From contig CAMARR010000007.1 in NCBI GenBank assembly GCA_945860915.1, positions 37,010-101,009 of the forward strand: 64,000 bases of DNA, read 5' to 3'. A program made the position numbers and the translations under genes. Positions 1 to 10,503 of this stretch are shown piece by piece. Within the stretch, counting starts at the first letter, position 1; each line of letters starts with the position of its first letter. Below the pieces are notes generated by a model, which worked only from the letters and a program-made list of their open reading frames with translations, made no database searches and was not told the DNA's origin. The stretch comes from Candidatus Kuenenia stuttgartensis. GTDB taxonomy: Bacteria > Planctomycetota > GCA-002687715 > CAIWVZ01.

Positions 1-18
1 CGGTGGAATCGGTTTCGG

Positions 19-1083
19 TCATCGTGGAGTTCTGCGGATGCGCTCTGAAAGTTCGTTTGCCTCCGCGGTATGTGTCTGATCCGCCGAAGCGACCTTTGCA
101 AGAAGCTCGACGAGACGGTCCACTATGGCCTTCGGCTGGGTGATTCCGGCCTCTGGAGGGGCGGGGATGCTAAGTGCGACCCGCAGCACGGACAAGCAAC
201 CAGCCACATCCTTGGCTGCAAAACGACTCTCGGCGACATGTGTCAGGCCTGGCAAAGCAGCCTGGAAGAGGGTCGTCTCAAGCGCCCCGGCCTCCCCTAG
301 TGCCTTGGCGTCGCCAAGAAGGGTTCTGAGCCGAGTTCCGGCATCAACAAGGGCCTCTGATGCACCCTTATCCAGCGCGGCATCCAAGCTTGCCCACGCC
401 TCTGCGAGGCTCCGCGCCAAGCTCTTTTCCATTCTGAGGGCCGCATCGGCGGCCTTTCGGAGTGCTTCCGAAGAAAGTCTACGATCACCGTCTCGCGACA
501 AGAGTTCGATTCCCCTCAGTCGCCAGGCCTCGACGGCCCCGACACGAATTTCACCTGACCCCGGCGCACGCCTCATACCCTCGTCCAACCAACGCGCGGC
601 GAACTCAATCGGCGTTGCCTTCAACGAACGCTCGATCCGCGCTGCAACCGCCGGATCAGACACCCAAGGCTCCATAAGGAGAACACCGGCGCTGAGGCAT
701 AGTTCGGGCGCGGTGCTACGTGCGGCTGCGCGTTCGAGGATTCGCAGGGCTTCGACGACACGAATGGCCCTCACCGATGGAGATGATTCGCGGCTTCCGA
801 TGTCATACGCAACGACATGCGCACGGAATGCCGCAGCTCGCCAATCAGCTCCATCTGCCGACTCGAGTTGACGCAATGCAGAAAGGGCATCGAGATACTG
901 ACGCGCCGCAAGTGCGCCTCCGACCTCGATCCAAAGGACGTGGCGCCAGATGGGACGAAATGCGCCCTTCGCCATGTCAATAAGCGATCCACTCATCTCG
1001 CCAGTGGGCAGTTCTTCCGTGTCGTGAGGAATAAAGGCTGCGAAGATGAACGCTGCCGCTCCGACCGTCCATGTTGACTTCAT
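19..1083 (-). CDS. hypothetical secreted protein, last gene of the ABC module (Ala/Leu/Arg-rich, helical)
   Basis: Long minus-strand ORF; an internal Met is followed by a hydrophobic signal-like segment (MKSTWTVGAAAFIFAAF). Co-directional with, and overlapping, the upstream permease ORF. No recognisable family. Confidence 0.4.
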   Translation of the reverse strand: MKSTWTVGAAAFIFAAFIPHDTEELPTGEMSGSLIDMAKGAFRPIWRHVLWIEVGGALAARQYLDALSALRQLESADGADWRAAAFRAHVVAYDIGSRESSPSVRAIRVVEALRILERAAARSTAPELCLSAGVLLMEPWVSDPAVAARIERSLKATPIEFAARWLDEGMRRAPGSGEIRVGAVEAWRLRGIELLSRDGDRRLSSEALRKAADAALRMEKSLARSLAEAWASLDAALDKGASEALVDAGTRLRTLLGDAKALGEAGALETTLFQAALPGLTHVAESRFAAKDVAGCLSVLRVALSIPAPPEAGITQPKAIVDRLVELLAKVASADQTHTAEANELSERIRRTPR

Positions 1084-2243
1084 GCGACGTCCTTCCGACT
1101 GTCGCTGCGCGGAGGGACTCCGATGGCGAGCATGGTCCATAGCATCGCGTGGGCCAACGACTCATTCACCATCCCCCAAGTCGGTGCCAGTCCCGCACGG
1201 AACTCGGTGCTCGGATCGACGGGTGTCGCCCCGGGAAGCCATCTGCCAATCAACTCAATCCACTGTGGAACATCCGCACGATGAGTCATCAGCGCTGAGG
1301 CAAGGGTCGCAACGACGATTCCAGATGTCACCGCTAGAGCGCTATGGACGTGGCCTGACATCAACATGACGAACGAAGCAACGCCGATGCCCATCGCCGC
1401 CATGATCAGGGCACCTCGGAACAAGGCTCCGAAGGTCGGCACGGGAGCTCCCGAGACAACCACGCCGCCGGGAACAGCCAAGAGACTGGCAGAAGTTGCG
1501 GGATCTGTGAATTCCAAGTGCAACTTCGTCGTTTTCTGGGTACAGCTCACGGTCTCGACGAGTCTGCCGATTCCGTCCGGACGCACGATCCGCTCCCGCC
1601 ATGGCGAGTCATCGGTTCGATAGCGCATCGTAAGGGACGGAGGCCCAGAAGGTCCGTCGGTAGCTGCCGTCACCCGAAAAGTTGCTGCAACACGAAGTGT
1701 GCCGGCAACTGTTGCCTCTCGGGCGATGGGAATAGTCAGCCTAATCGGAGACTTCTTTGCGCAACTCAAGCCCTCATGGTTGCGCCACACGGGCGTGTGC
1801 AGGATCGATGCTCCGTGAACTTCGACAGGACCATGCCGCCATCGCAGCCACGACGAAGTCTCTGCAGCACCCGCGGAGGCCACGACTGAAATCAGGAGCC
1901 AAGATGCACCGAGATGTCCAGAAACCGTGATTCGATCGCCCGCGAGACGCGCCTCAGCGCGTCTCGCATGTGCCGCACCTCCCATGATGGGGAGCAACGC
2001 TCCTGCAACTAGCGACACCCACCCAATCACACCCAGCGCGAACGAAGCATCGTCTCGCCAAGCGAGGATGTCCGAACCGATGGCAAGGCTCGGCGGAAGG
2101 GCGAGGAGCGAAAGCCCCAGCACCATGAGAGCCACGATCAAGAGCGGGCCTCGAATCCAGCGCGCAACAGCTACTCGTGCGATTCCGAGCAGAGCTCGCG
2201 TCACGTTGTTGACTCGCGTCTTGGAGCATCCGGATAGAGCCAC
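1080..2243 (-). CDS. membrane protein, putative permease partner of the ABC ATPase
   Basis: Several hydrophobic helices flank a roughly 130-aa soluble insert. Sits directly downstream of the ABC ATPase. The true start may be the in-frame GTG near 2204 that overlaps the ATPase stop. Confidence 0.5.
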   Translation of the reverse strand: MALSGCSKTRVNNVTRALLGIARVAVARWIRGPLLIVALMVLGLSLLALPPSLAIGSDILAWRDDASFALGVIGWVSLVAGALLPIMGGAAHARRAEARLAGDRITVSGHLGASWLLISVVASAGAAETSSWLRWRHGPVEVHGASILHTPVWRNHEGLSCAKKSPIRLTIPIAREATVAGTLRVAATFRVTAATDGPSGPPSLTMRYRTDDSPWRERIVRPDGIGRLVETVSCTQKTTKLHLEFTDPATSASLLAVPGGVVVSGAPVPTFGALFRGALIMAAMGIGVASFVMLMSGHVHSALAVTSGIVVATLASALMTHRADVPQWIELIGRWLPGATPVDPSTEFRAGLAPTWGMVNESLAHAMLWTMLAIGVPPRSDSRKDVA

Positions 2244-3025
2244 GCTTCCAGCTCAACCTCGGGGATTCCACACGGCTCAAGCGACAAGCCAACAGATCTC
2301 GCGCGGTCCTGAATCGCGGCCGAATCGGCACCGTCGCGCACCAAGAATCCATGGACTCCGACGCGCGAGGCGAGTTCCGTCGCATTCCCCTGCCAAGACG
2401 CGTGATGGCCTTCAATCAACAATATCTTGGTTGCAAGCCGCAATGCATGTCCAACGACATGCGTTGCGACAACAAGGCAGCGCCCCTTCAAGCGAGCTTC
2501 CTCTAGGACTGAAAGGAATACGCGGCCGCCCCCGGGATCGATTCCTGAATCGGCTTCGTCGAGAATCCACACGGGCGGGTCAACAGCGACGAGAGCAGCC
2601 AATTCAACTCGGCGGACCTGCCCCTTACTCATATTCGAGACTCGAACTCGCTCGAGTTCTTGAACTCCAGTGCGAAGCAACGCCGCCTTGACGACGTCGT
2701 GGCTCAACTTCTTGCCATGCAAATCGGCGGCATACCGCAGGTACTCAGAAGCCGTAAGGAAGCCGGGTGCCGCGGGGTGTTCGCCGACGAATCCGAGCTT
2801 GCGTCGAACATCCGCGCTCCGAGGATCGCCGCCACATATGCGGATCCGCCCCTCCTTCGGGTTCAATTCCCCTGCCAAGAGTCGAAGAAATGTCGTCTTA
2901 CCAGCGCCGTTCCGTCCGAGCACCGCGACAGCTTCGCCCGGCGCAACGGTCAGAGTCAAACCCTCTAGAACCGGAGCTTTGTACGAGAAGCTCACCGCAT
3001 CGGCGATAATTGAAGCTGCATCCAC
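2201..3025 (-). CDS. ABC transporter ATP-binding protein
   Basis: Walker A GRNGAGKTT, ABC signature SKGQVRRV and Walker B ILDEADSGID are present. Length is 274 aa. Confidence 0.88.
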   Translation of the reverse strand: MDAASIIADAVSFSYKAPVLEGLTLTVAPGEAVAVLGRNGAGKTTFLRLLAGELNPKEGRIRICGGDPRSADVRRKLGFVGEHPAAPGFLTASEYLRYAADLHGKKLSHDVVKAALLRTGVQELERVRVSNMSKGQVRRVELAALVAVDPPVWILDEADSGIDPGGGRVFLSVLEEARLKGRCLVVATHVVGHALRLATKILLIEGHHASWQGNATELASRVGVHGFLVRDGADSAAIQDRARSVGLSLEPCGIPEVELEAWLYPDAPRRESTT

Positions 3026-3076
3026 GCCGCCATGCTAGCGCAAAGGACCTCCTTCCCGTGGAGCGCCTCATCTCAT

Positions 3077-3628
3077 ATGGTGGGGGCAATGGCACGCCTT
3101 GTCGTCATCGCCGGCCCTGACTTGGGCAAGACCTTCGAGCTCTCCGACACCCAGATTCTAGGGCGTGACCGCGATGCCACGTTCCCATTGGCGGACAACG
3201 GCACGTCGCGCAAGCACATCCGCGTCTCGCGCTCCACCGACGGATATTCGGTGATTGATCTGGAGTCGAAGAACGGAACCTGGGTAAACGGTGATCGCAT
3301 CAGCCGTTCTTCGCTCTCCGAAGGCGACGTCATCGTCATCGGAGAGACCCACCTGCGGATCGAAGATGTGCGCGTCACGCCATCCGCCGTCCCGCCCCCC
3401 CGCCCTTCCCCCCAAGGAAGCCAGGGTGTCGAGGTGCGAACGGCAGCCGGCAAGATCGGGGAAAAGGCGCTCACCTCGAAGAAGGCGCCGGGCCATGGCA
3501 CGCTGGACGTTGACCTCAGTCAATACAGTCCTATGGTCCGGTGGCTCGTCATTCTTGGTGTCGCGTCAGTCGTACTTCTCATCGCATGGCTCGCCTGGAA
3601 AGCGGGCGGCGGAACCATGCCCTCCTGA
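3077..3628 (+). CDS. FHA domain protein with C-terminal transmembrane anchor
   Basis: N-terminal FHA fold signature (GRDRDATFPL...SRKHIRVS...NGTWVNG), a Pro-rich linker, then a C-terminal hydrophobic helix. Divergent from the ABC operon. Confidence 0.7.
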   Translation: MVGAMARLVVIAGPDLGKTFELSDTQILGRDRDATFPLADNGTSRKHIRVSRSTDGYSVIDLESKNGTWVNGDRISRSSLSEGDVIVIGETHLRIEDVRVTPSAVPPPRPSPQGSQGVEVRTAAGKIGEKALTSKKAPGHGTLDVDLSQYSPMVRWLVILGVASVVLLIAWLAWKAGGGTMPS

Positions 3629-3631
3629 TAC

Positions 3632-4675
3632 TCAGAGCGCCAGCGTGGCCACCGACGCGCGCAATGCAACGTCGAGAGCTGCTGGACCAAACTTCTCGGC
3701 CTGCTCTCGTGCTTCAAAACACCTTGCCGCCTGTTGGATAGAGCTCGCGTTTATCGCTCTCTCGAGTTCGACCCACGCCTGTTCGACATCGCCAGGGGTG
3801 AAGTACGACGCAGCCATTCCGAGAACTTCGCGATGTGCGGGGATTCCGGAAGCTACGACGAACCCTCCGACCGCCAGCGCTTCGAGCCCGACGAGACCGA
3901 ACCCCTCAAGCCTTGATGGACACAACACTGCCGAAGCTCTCGCAAAAAGGGCATCCCGTAGCGTGTCATTGACCGCTCCAACATCGATCCACGGCCCGTC
4001 AATGCGACCTCGTCCGGCACGCACCATGACCATCGGACTGACGAGTCGTTTGGACACCGCCGCGACTAAATCCCAGTCCTTCCGCGCTTCAGGATGCCCC
4101 ATCGCAACAACGAATCGCGGCGGCAAGTCGGGAAGATCGACGGCCCGAACTTCCTTGAGCGATCGCATCACGACGATATTCGGAACGACATCGATACGGC
4201 CAATGGAATCTGGAATCAGCTCAGCGAGCGAAGTGGCTGTCGCCGCTGTAGGCACGTGAATGCGTCTGGCTGCAACCACAGCGCGGGACGCAGCCCTGTG
4301 CCAAAGCCATCGGGTAACGCCGGGATCGACTTCCTTGCGAAGGTCGTGAATGGTGACGATCGTCGGCACTGTCTCACGTGCCATCCATGGCAACGCCTCC
4401 GTCATGACAAGATCGGCGCGCGAAGTCTTAACTGCCGAGAGAATACGCGTATCCCCCGCCCGCCAACGCGCCCACGGGCCTCGCGGAGGGTTCGGATCCT
4501 GCACCCATTCGACGTCAAGGCCTTTCCAAGTTTCTTGGTCCCGCAATGCAACGCCATGCCACACGACGACGGCGTGGCCGATGCGGTGGAGCGATTTCGC
4601 GACCGCTACGAGCCGAGTGGCACTCCCAGACGGGCCTCCGTCGAGAGCGGTGGCGTCAAGTAGGACTCGACTCAT
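3632..4675 (-). CDS. glycosyltransferase family 4 (GT-B)
   Basis: C-terminal GT4 motif EGFGLVGLEALAVGGFVV. Start taken at internal MSRVLLDAT. Confidence 0.8.
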   Translation of the reverse strand: MSRVLLDATALDGGPSGSATRLVAVAKSLHRIGHAVVVWHGVALRDQETWKGLDVEWVQDPNPPRGPWARWRAGDTRILSAVKTSRADLVMTEALPWMARETVPTIVTIHDLRKEVDPGVTRWLWHRAASRAVVAARRIHVPTAATATSLAELIPDSIGRIDVVPNIVVMRSLKEVRAVDLPDLPPRFVVAMGHPEARKDWDLVAAVSKRLVSPMVMVRAGRGRIDGPWIDVGAVNDTLRDALFARASAVLCPSRLEGFGLVGLEALAVGGFVVASGIPAHREVLGMAASYFTPGDVEQAWVELERAINASSIQQAARCFEAREQAEKFGPAALDVALRASVATLAL

Positions 4676-5823
4676 CAGAACCTCCCAACGCACGAACGAT
4701 ATGCGGCCATTGTCCGTTCGCCACAAAGTCTCCAGGTTGACGCCGCGGCAAAGGCCCGCCCAAACGACTGCGCCAGGATGCGTGCCCTTGGATCATCCAC
4801 TGCAGTCAACAGGGCCTCGACCCAGCGGGACTCGTCATGTGGGTCGCAATACACAGCGTGCGATCCGCCGACCTCGTGCAGAACGGCCAAGTCGGACAGT
4901 ACAACCGGAATCCCGGCGGCCATACCCTCAATCGCCGGCAGCCCATACCCCTCATGAAGCGTCGGGAATGCGAGTGCTGCGGCGTCTTGAACCAGCGCGG
5001 CGCAGACCTCATCGGAGACGTCCCCGAGCCATCTGACGGAATCGCGGGCAGGACTTTGACTAATTTCGTCAAGGACTTCGTGGTGTCGCCAGCCCCGGCG
5101 CCCGAGAAGCACGAGCCCGAGTCCGCCCCGGATGGCCGCCGCCCGCGCATGAGCCCGCACCAACATGCGCACGTTCTTTCGAGGCTCGAGTGTGCCCAAG
5201 TGAATGACGTAGGGCACCGACAATCCATGCAGCAAACGCGCTTGGTCGAGAGTCTCAGCTCTCGCGGGAATGGAAAACAGGGGATCTGGAGCGAGCGGAG
5301 TGACATGAACTCGATCGGGTTGCAGCGACAAGAAATCGATGAGCTCATCTCGCGCAGCCTGGCTAATCGTGATGACTTCCGGCCGGGTCGCGACGAGGTC
5401 TCGCACTGCCAATTCCATTTTCCGTGATTGACCAGAATCGACATGGCCAAGATCCGCGCGCCAGGCGGCGTCGTAGAGTGTCACGACGCGAGGTAACTTC
5501 CTGCACGGCGTCACGAAATAGTCGGTGTCGTGAAACAGCTGAGCGCGGCTCAGCATTCTGTCCGCAGAGAACCCGATCGACGCCAGCGAACCCCAAAGGC
5601 GAGCGGGAAGCGCCATCCCATGCACGGAAACGCGCGGGCTTGCGACGGGTGGATACTTCGCGATGCGCTCCGCTCGGCCACGCATGAAGACGGCGAGAAG
5701 TTCGAGTCGAATTGACGAATCTGCCTCGATGATTCCGGCGACCATGTTGCGAACATAACGACCGATGCCGAAAGCCCGAAACAACGCCGGACGCCAATCA
5801 ATGGCTACGGTGTGAAGCGGCAT
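4675..5823 (-). CDS. glycosyltransferase family 4 (GT-B)
   Basis: Motif EGYGLPAIEGMAAGIPVV. Start taken at MPLHTVAID. Abuts the previous GT4 gene. Confidence 0.8.
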   Translation of the reverse strand: MPLHTVAIDWRPALFRAFGIGRYVRNMVAGIIEADSSIRLELLAVFMRGRAERIAKYPPVASPRVSVHGMALPARLWGSLASIGFSADRMLSRAQLFHDTDYFVTPCRKLPRVVTLYDAAWRADLGHVDSGQSRKMELAVRDLVATRPEVITISQAARDELIDFLSLQPDRVHVTPLAPDPLFSIPARAETLDQARLLHGLSVPYVIHLGTLEPRKNVRMLVRAHARAAAIRGGLGLVLLGRRGWRHHEVLDEISQSPARDSVRWLGDVSDEVCAALVQDAAALAFPTLHEGYGLPAIEGMAAGIPVVLSDLAVLHEVGGSHAVYCDPHDESRWVEALLTAVDDPRARILAQSFGRAFAAASTWRLCGERTMAAYRSCVGRF

Positions 5824-7109
5824 CAGGTGTCTTCTCGTTCCTTCATCGCGGAGAGAAGTGTGACACACGCGACGACCGCCGTCAGGAGCTCGGCCACCAT
5901 GAGTCCCATCGCAGCGCCCCGGGGTCCGACGCTCGGAATAAGCCACCATGCAACGCCGATGTTGGCCAATAGAGCGAAAAGCACGAGATACATAAGTGAC
6001 TTCTCGCGTCCGATGGCAACAAGTGCGGTGGTCGCGGGTGCGCCGACACAGATAGCGCCGAAGGCAACGCCTGCGTAGGCCATGACCGAGGCTGCGTCAC
6101 CGCCCGGCGCGAGATACTTGCCACCGTACAGCCACTCAACGACGAGCCGACCGCAGAGTGATGTCACGAGAACGCCGCCGATTCCCGCGAGAAGTCCCAA
6201 TCCAAGTGCCCGACGAATCAACAGGTCGAACTTCGGCCGGTCCTTGTGCCATGCAGAGGCGAGCGCCGGGAGCAGAGGCTGCGACATTGAGGCAACCAAA
6301 AGACTAAATGGATTGGTCAGTCGGAATGCCGCCCCATACGCGCCGAGTGCGCCGGGCGCCGCAAGAGATTCGACGAGGATCACGCCGATGTGAGTCGACG
6401 CGGTGATTGCGAGCGTGGTGACGGCTTGGGACGAGGTCGCCGACAGTGTGCCGCGTAACTGCGCCGCCGGCCAAGCGCAGGCAGGACCAATCCCATGACG
6501 CAGCGAAGCCCAAGCCCCAAGCATCCATGGGCCAAGTGTCTCGCGAACCATGTGGAGGCACGCGAATGACGCTGGCGGTATTCCAACCGCGAGTCCAACC
6601 CATGCGATCACCAAAAACAACAACTGAGTGAATGAGGAAATCGCCGACACCGGTCCGAGGTCTTGCCGAACGAGAAACACCACTCCCAAAATTGAGGGAG
6701 CCAGCAATGGAAATGTTGCCGCGACTCCGATCAACCACGCCTGCTCTGCGCCCGTTTTACGTACGACTGCGTAGGCTAGGACGGCAAGGCCCACCACCAC
6801 CCCAGCACCCACCCGGTACCCCATCGCTTGCGCCAGGAGCGGGCGCTCCAAACTGGGGTCCCGCGAGACATCGCGGGTCACAATAGTCCCGAGGCCGTGG
6901 TCCATGGCCACTTGACCGAAGGCGTAAATCGATGCCACAAGCGTAATGAAGCCGAACGCTTGCTCGCTGAGCGCCTTCCCCAAAAGGGATGTCGCCACAA
7001 TCGCAAGGAAGAATCGCCATGTCTCGCGGGCGAGGATCCACCCCGAACTGCGGGCGACAGCGGCGGCGCGGGGCGTTGCAACAGGCGAAGATAGGCTCAC
7101 GAGGTCCAT
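5823..7109 (-). CDS. polysaccharide biosynthesis protein / Wzx-like oligosaccharide flippase (MOP superfamily)
   Basis: About 430-aa polytopic membrane protein with roughly 12 predicted helices. Lies upstream of the two GT4 genes. Start taken at MDLVSL. Confidence 0.65.
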   Translation of the reverse strand: MDLVSLSSPVATPRAAAVARSSGWILARETWRFFLAIVATSLLGKALSEQAFGFITLVASIYAFGQVAMDHGLGTIVTRDVSRDPSLERPLLAQAMGYRVGAGVVVGLAVLAYAVVRKTGAEQAWLIGVAATFPLLAPSILGVVFLVRQDLGPVSAISSFTQLLFLVIAWVGLAVGIPPASFACLHMVRETLGPWMLGAWASLRHGIGPACAWPAAQLRGTLSATSSQAVTTLAITASTHIGVILVESLAAPGALGAYGAAFRLTNPFSLLVASMSQPLLPALASAWHKDRPKFDLLIRRALGLGLLAGIGGVLVTSLCGRLVVEWLYGGKYLAPGGDAASVMAYAGVAFGAICVGAPATTALVAIGREKSLMYLVLFALLANIGVAWWLIPSVGPRGAAMGLMVAELLTAVVACVTLLSAMKEREDT

Positions 7110-7171
7110 CGTAGCCGTTTCGCAAGTTCTCCCGGCTTGGGGTCGTGCGACGCACCCCCTACGATCCATAC

Positions 7172-8716
7172 ATGGACTCGACGCTGACGCTCGATGGACT
7201 CTCCCTGAACCTGCGTGCCGCGTGCGCGGCTGCGCGATTAACCCGACCCAAGATTGCGATCTGCCCTGCGGCGCGTGTTCGTGCACGCGCTGCTCGCAGC
7301 CTTGTGGAACGCATCCTCGCAGAGGGGCGAACTGCGTACGGCATCAATACGGGCTTTGGAAAGTTGGCCACCACCCCAATCCCGCGCGAAAGTCTGAAAG
7401 AACTTCAGCACAACCTCCTCATCTCACACGCAGTCGGCGTCGGTCCGGAGAGCGCGCCGGAAGTCGTAAGACTCATGCTCATTCTCCGGCTGCAGAACCT
7501 CCTCGTCGGACACTCAGGAGTTCGTGACGAGACGATCGACCTTCTCGCCGCCATGCTGAGTCGCGATGTCCTTCCGTATGTTCCCGAGCAAGGGTCGGTC
7601 GGCGCCTCAGGCGATCTCGCACCTCTCGCGCATCTCGCCCTCGTTCTCGAAGGCCTCGGTGAAGCCCGCTTCGATGGCGAACGCATGTCCGGCGGAGAGG
7701 CATTGGCCCGCGCGGGATTAAAGCCCATTCGACTCGAAGCGAAAGAAGGACTCGCCCTCATCAACGGCACTCAATTTTCTACGGCCATTGCAGCGCTTGC
7801 GCTTGACCGAGCATCATCGCTCGCCGCCATCGCCGACATTGCGTGTGCCCTTAGCCTCGAGGGCTTCGCCGGCAGTATTCGCCCATTCGATGCCCGCATC
7901 GCAGCCCTCCGCCCTCACCCTGGGCATGGAGCAACAGCGCGCAACATCCGGCTGTTGATGAGTGGCTCCGAAATTCTCAATTCGCACAAGGACTGCGCCC
8001 GGGTACAGGATCCCTATTCCTTCCGCTGTGCTCCGCAGGTTCATGGAGCATGTCGAGACGCCCTGACTCACTTGCGTGGCGTCCTCGAACGAGAGATCAA
8101 CTCGGTCACGGATAATCCTCTCCTTTTCCCAGATGATGGGGATGTCATTTCCGGCGGCAATTTCCATGCTGAGCCCATCGCGCTCCCCTGCGACTACGCG
8201 ACGATCGCCGCCGCCGAGTTCGCTTCGATCTCGGAACGTCGTCTAGAGAATCTGGTCAATCCAGACCTTTCGGGGCTTCCGCCCTTCCTCGCAGGGGGCC
8301 GCCCAGGAGTGAACTCGGGGCTCATGATTATTCAGGTCACAGCCGCGGCTTTGGTTAGCGAGAATAAGTCACTGTCGCACCCAGCGTCTGTGGACTCGAT
8401 TCCGACGTCGGCCAGCAAGGAAGACCACGTCAGCATGGCCCCGATCGCGGCTCGAAAGTTCAGATCCGTCCTCGAGAATTCAGCGCAGGTTCTTGCCGCT
8501 GAACTTCTTGCCGCTCGCTTTGCGCTTCATTGGCGTCAACCCATGCGAGCCGGGCGTGGAGTCCAGCCCGCATTCGAGAAATTGCGCGAGTGCATACTTC
8601 CCCCCGGCGACGACCGCGCCTTTGGGAGGGATCACGCTGCGGCGAAAGCACTCATTGACTCGGGTGAACTTCTCGCCGCGGTTGAGTCTGCCGTGGGCCC
8701 TCTCGAACAACCCTGA
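7172..8716 (+). CDS. hutH: histidine ammonia-lyase
   Basis: MIO-forming Ala-Ser-Gly motif in GSVGASGDLAPLAHL. Full-length aromatic amino-acid lyase fold. Confidence 0.9.
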   Translation: MDSTLTLDGLSLNLRAACAAARLTRPKIAICPAARVRARAARSLVERILAEGRTAYGINTGFGKLATTPIPRESLKELQHNLLISHAVGVGPESAPEVVRLMLILRLQNLLVGHSGVRDETIDLLAAMLSRDVLPYVPEQGSVGASGDLAPLAHLALVLEGLGEARFDGERMSGGEALARAGLKPIRLEAKEGLALINGTQFSTAIAALALDRASSLAAIADIACALSLEGFAGSIRPFDARIAALRPHPGHGATARNIRLLMSGSEILNSHKDCARVQDPYSFRCAPQVHGACRDALTHLRGVLEREINSVTDNPLLFPDDGDVISGGNFHAEPIALPCDYATIAAAEFASISERRLENLVNPDLSGLPPFLAGGRPGVNSGLMIIQVTAAALVSENKSLSHPASVDSIPTSASKEDHVSMAPIAARKFRSVLENSAQVLAAELLAARFALHWRQPMRAGRGVQPAFEKLRECILPPGDDRAFGRDHAAAKALIDSGELLAAVESAVGPLEQP

Positions 8717-8744
8717 CTTCTGAACAAGGCTTAGAACCACGAAC

Positions 8745-10403
8745 ATGGCAACGAGCAAGATTTACCGCGCCCCAACGGGAAACACCCTTTCATGCAAGTC
8801 CTGGCCGATCGAAGCGGCCTATCGCATGATTCAGAACAATCTCGATCCGGACGTCGCTGAAGACCCGGCGAACCTCGTGGTGTATGGGGGGTCGGGCAAA
8901 GCCGCGCGGTCGCCCGAGGCGCTCGAGGCGATCTTGCGAACGCTGCGCACCATGAACGTCGACGACACCCTGCTTGTCCAGTCAGGCAAACCGGTTGGAG
9001 TCTTCAGAACACATGCGGACGCACCACGCGTCCTCATCGCGAATTCCAACCTGGTTGGAAAATGGGCTACATGGGAGCACTTCCGCGATCTAGAGCGTCG
9101 TGGGCTCATCATGTTCGGACAGATGACGGCGGGCTCATGGATTTACATCGGATCTCAAGGCATCGTTCAAGGGACCTATGAGACGTTCGCCGCATGCGCT
9201 GATCGCCACTTCGGTGGATCTCTTAAGCAACGACTCGTGGTCACCGGCGGGCTTGGGGGCATGGGTGGCGCGCAGCCCCTCGCCGCGTGCCTTACGGGCG
9301 CAACGTGTCTCGCAGCCGAGGTTGATCCTAGCCGTGTCGAGAAACGACTGAAGACACGCTATCTCGATGAAGCAACGCCAAGCCTCGACGAAGCCATCGC
9401 CCGTGCGCTGGCATGCAAGGCCAAAGGTGAAGCTCGTTCGATCGCCTACATCGGCAATGTGATTGACCTTCTTCGCGCATTGAAAGACCGGGGCATCACG
9501 CCCGATATTCTCACCGATCAAACGTCCGCCCACGATCCGCTCTTGGGCTACGTGCCTGACGGAACGACTCTAGCGGATGCTGTTTCGATGCGGCAATCCG
9601 ACCCAGTTGGCTACCAGAAGTTGTCCGTCGCCGGCATGGTTCGCCACATTCAGTTGATGCTTGATCTCAAGCGGCGCGGAGCGGTGACTTTTGACTACGG
9701 CAACAACCTACGCGGGCAAGCCGAGGCCGCAGGTGCCACCGAGGCCTTCGAGATTCCCGGATTCATCCCCGAGTACATCCGCCCCTTGTTCTGTGAAGGC
9801 CGAGGTCCATTTCGGTGGGTTGCTCTGTCGGGCGACCCGGCCGATATCCACAAGACGGATGAAGTCATCCTTAACGAGTTCTCGCACTTGACGTCACTCT
9901 GTCGATGGATCCGGCTCGCGCGTGAACGCATTGCGTTCCAAGGGCTGCCAGCTCGCATTTGCTGGCTCGGATACGGCGACCGCGCAAAATTCGGATTGAG
10001 AATAAATGACATGGTGCGCACGGGCGAGCTCAGCGCGCCGATCGTGATTGGCCGCGACCATCTCGACTGCGGATCCGTCGCGTCTCCAAATCGTGAATCG
10101 GAGGCAATGAAAGACGGAACCGATGCGGTGGCAGACTGGCCGATCCTCAACGCGCTCGTCAACACGGCAGGCGGAGCAACCTGGGTTTCATTCCATCACG
10201 GCGGCGGCGTCGGAATCGGCTATTCGTTGCATGCGGGACAGGTCATCGTGGCCGATGGCACCGAGGCCGCTGCCCGCCGAATTGAGCGCGTGTTGACATC
10301 GGACCCGGGAATGGGCGTCATCCGACACGCGGATGCGGGATATGAGGACGCAATCGCATTCGCCGAGAAGGCCGGGGTCCGGATCCCGATGCGAGAGTCG
10401 TAG
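8745..10403 (+). CDS. hutU: urocanate hydratase
   Basis: 552 aa. Urocanase-typical blocks ([36 protein letters not shown]). Follows hutH. Confidence 0.9.
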   Translation: MATSKIYRAPTGNTLSCKSWPIEAAYRMIQNNLDPDVAEDPANLVVYGGSGKAARSPEALEAILRTLRTMNVDDTLLVQSGKPVGVFRTHADAPRVLIANSNLVGKWATWEHFRDLERRGLIMFGQMTAGSWIYIGSQGIVQGTYETFAACADRHFGGSLKQRLVVTGGLGGMGGAQPLAACLTGATCLAAEVDPSRVEKRLKTRYLDEATPSLDEAIARALACKAKGEARSIAYIGNVIDLLRALKDRGITPDILTDQTSAHDPLLGYVPDGTTLADAVSMRQSDPVGYQKLSVAGMVRHIQLMLDLKRRGAVTFDYGNNLRGQAEAAGATEAFEIPGFIPEYIRPLFCEGRGPFRWVALSGDPADIHKTDEVILNEFSHLTSLCRWIRLARERIAFQGLPARICWLGYGDRAKFGLRINDMVRTGELSAPIVIGRDHLDCGSVASPNRESEAMKDGTDAVADWPILNALVNTAGGATWVSFHHGGGVGIGYSLHAGQVIVADGTEAAARRIERVLTSDPGMGVIRHADAGYEDAIAFAEKAGVRIPMRES

Positions 10404-10503
10404 GGCGGCTTACGACCATAACCTGCGTATCTTTACGTAAATAGTTTATATACTTTAGTGCCGATACACCTCCTTGTCGGGATTCCCGGCCCTTGGAGGT
10501 TCT

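Noticed and set aside
125-871. 248-aa plus-strand ORF antisense to the secreted-protein gene
   Set aside because: Ser/Ala/Arg-rich low-complexity translation typical of the antisense frame of a high-GC gene. The minus-strand ORF is longer and collinear with the ABC operon.
2195-2245. Apparent 1-nt disagreement between my base count and the ORF-track coordinates at the ABC ATPase/permease junction
   Set aside because: Plus-strand anchors at 3032, 7145 and 8716 match exactly, so I treated this as a local counting slip and kept the track coordinates. It is flagged only because refined start positions may be off by 1 nt.
4350-5450. Several 190-230-aa plus-strand and minus-strand ORFs inside the GT4 genes
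   Set aside because: Arg/Pro/Ser-rich products with no motifs, fully nested in genes that carry clear GT4 motifs. High-GC frame artefacts.
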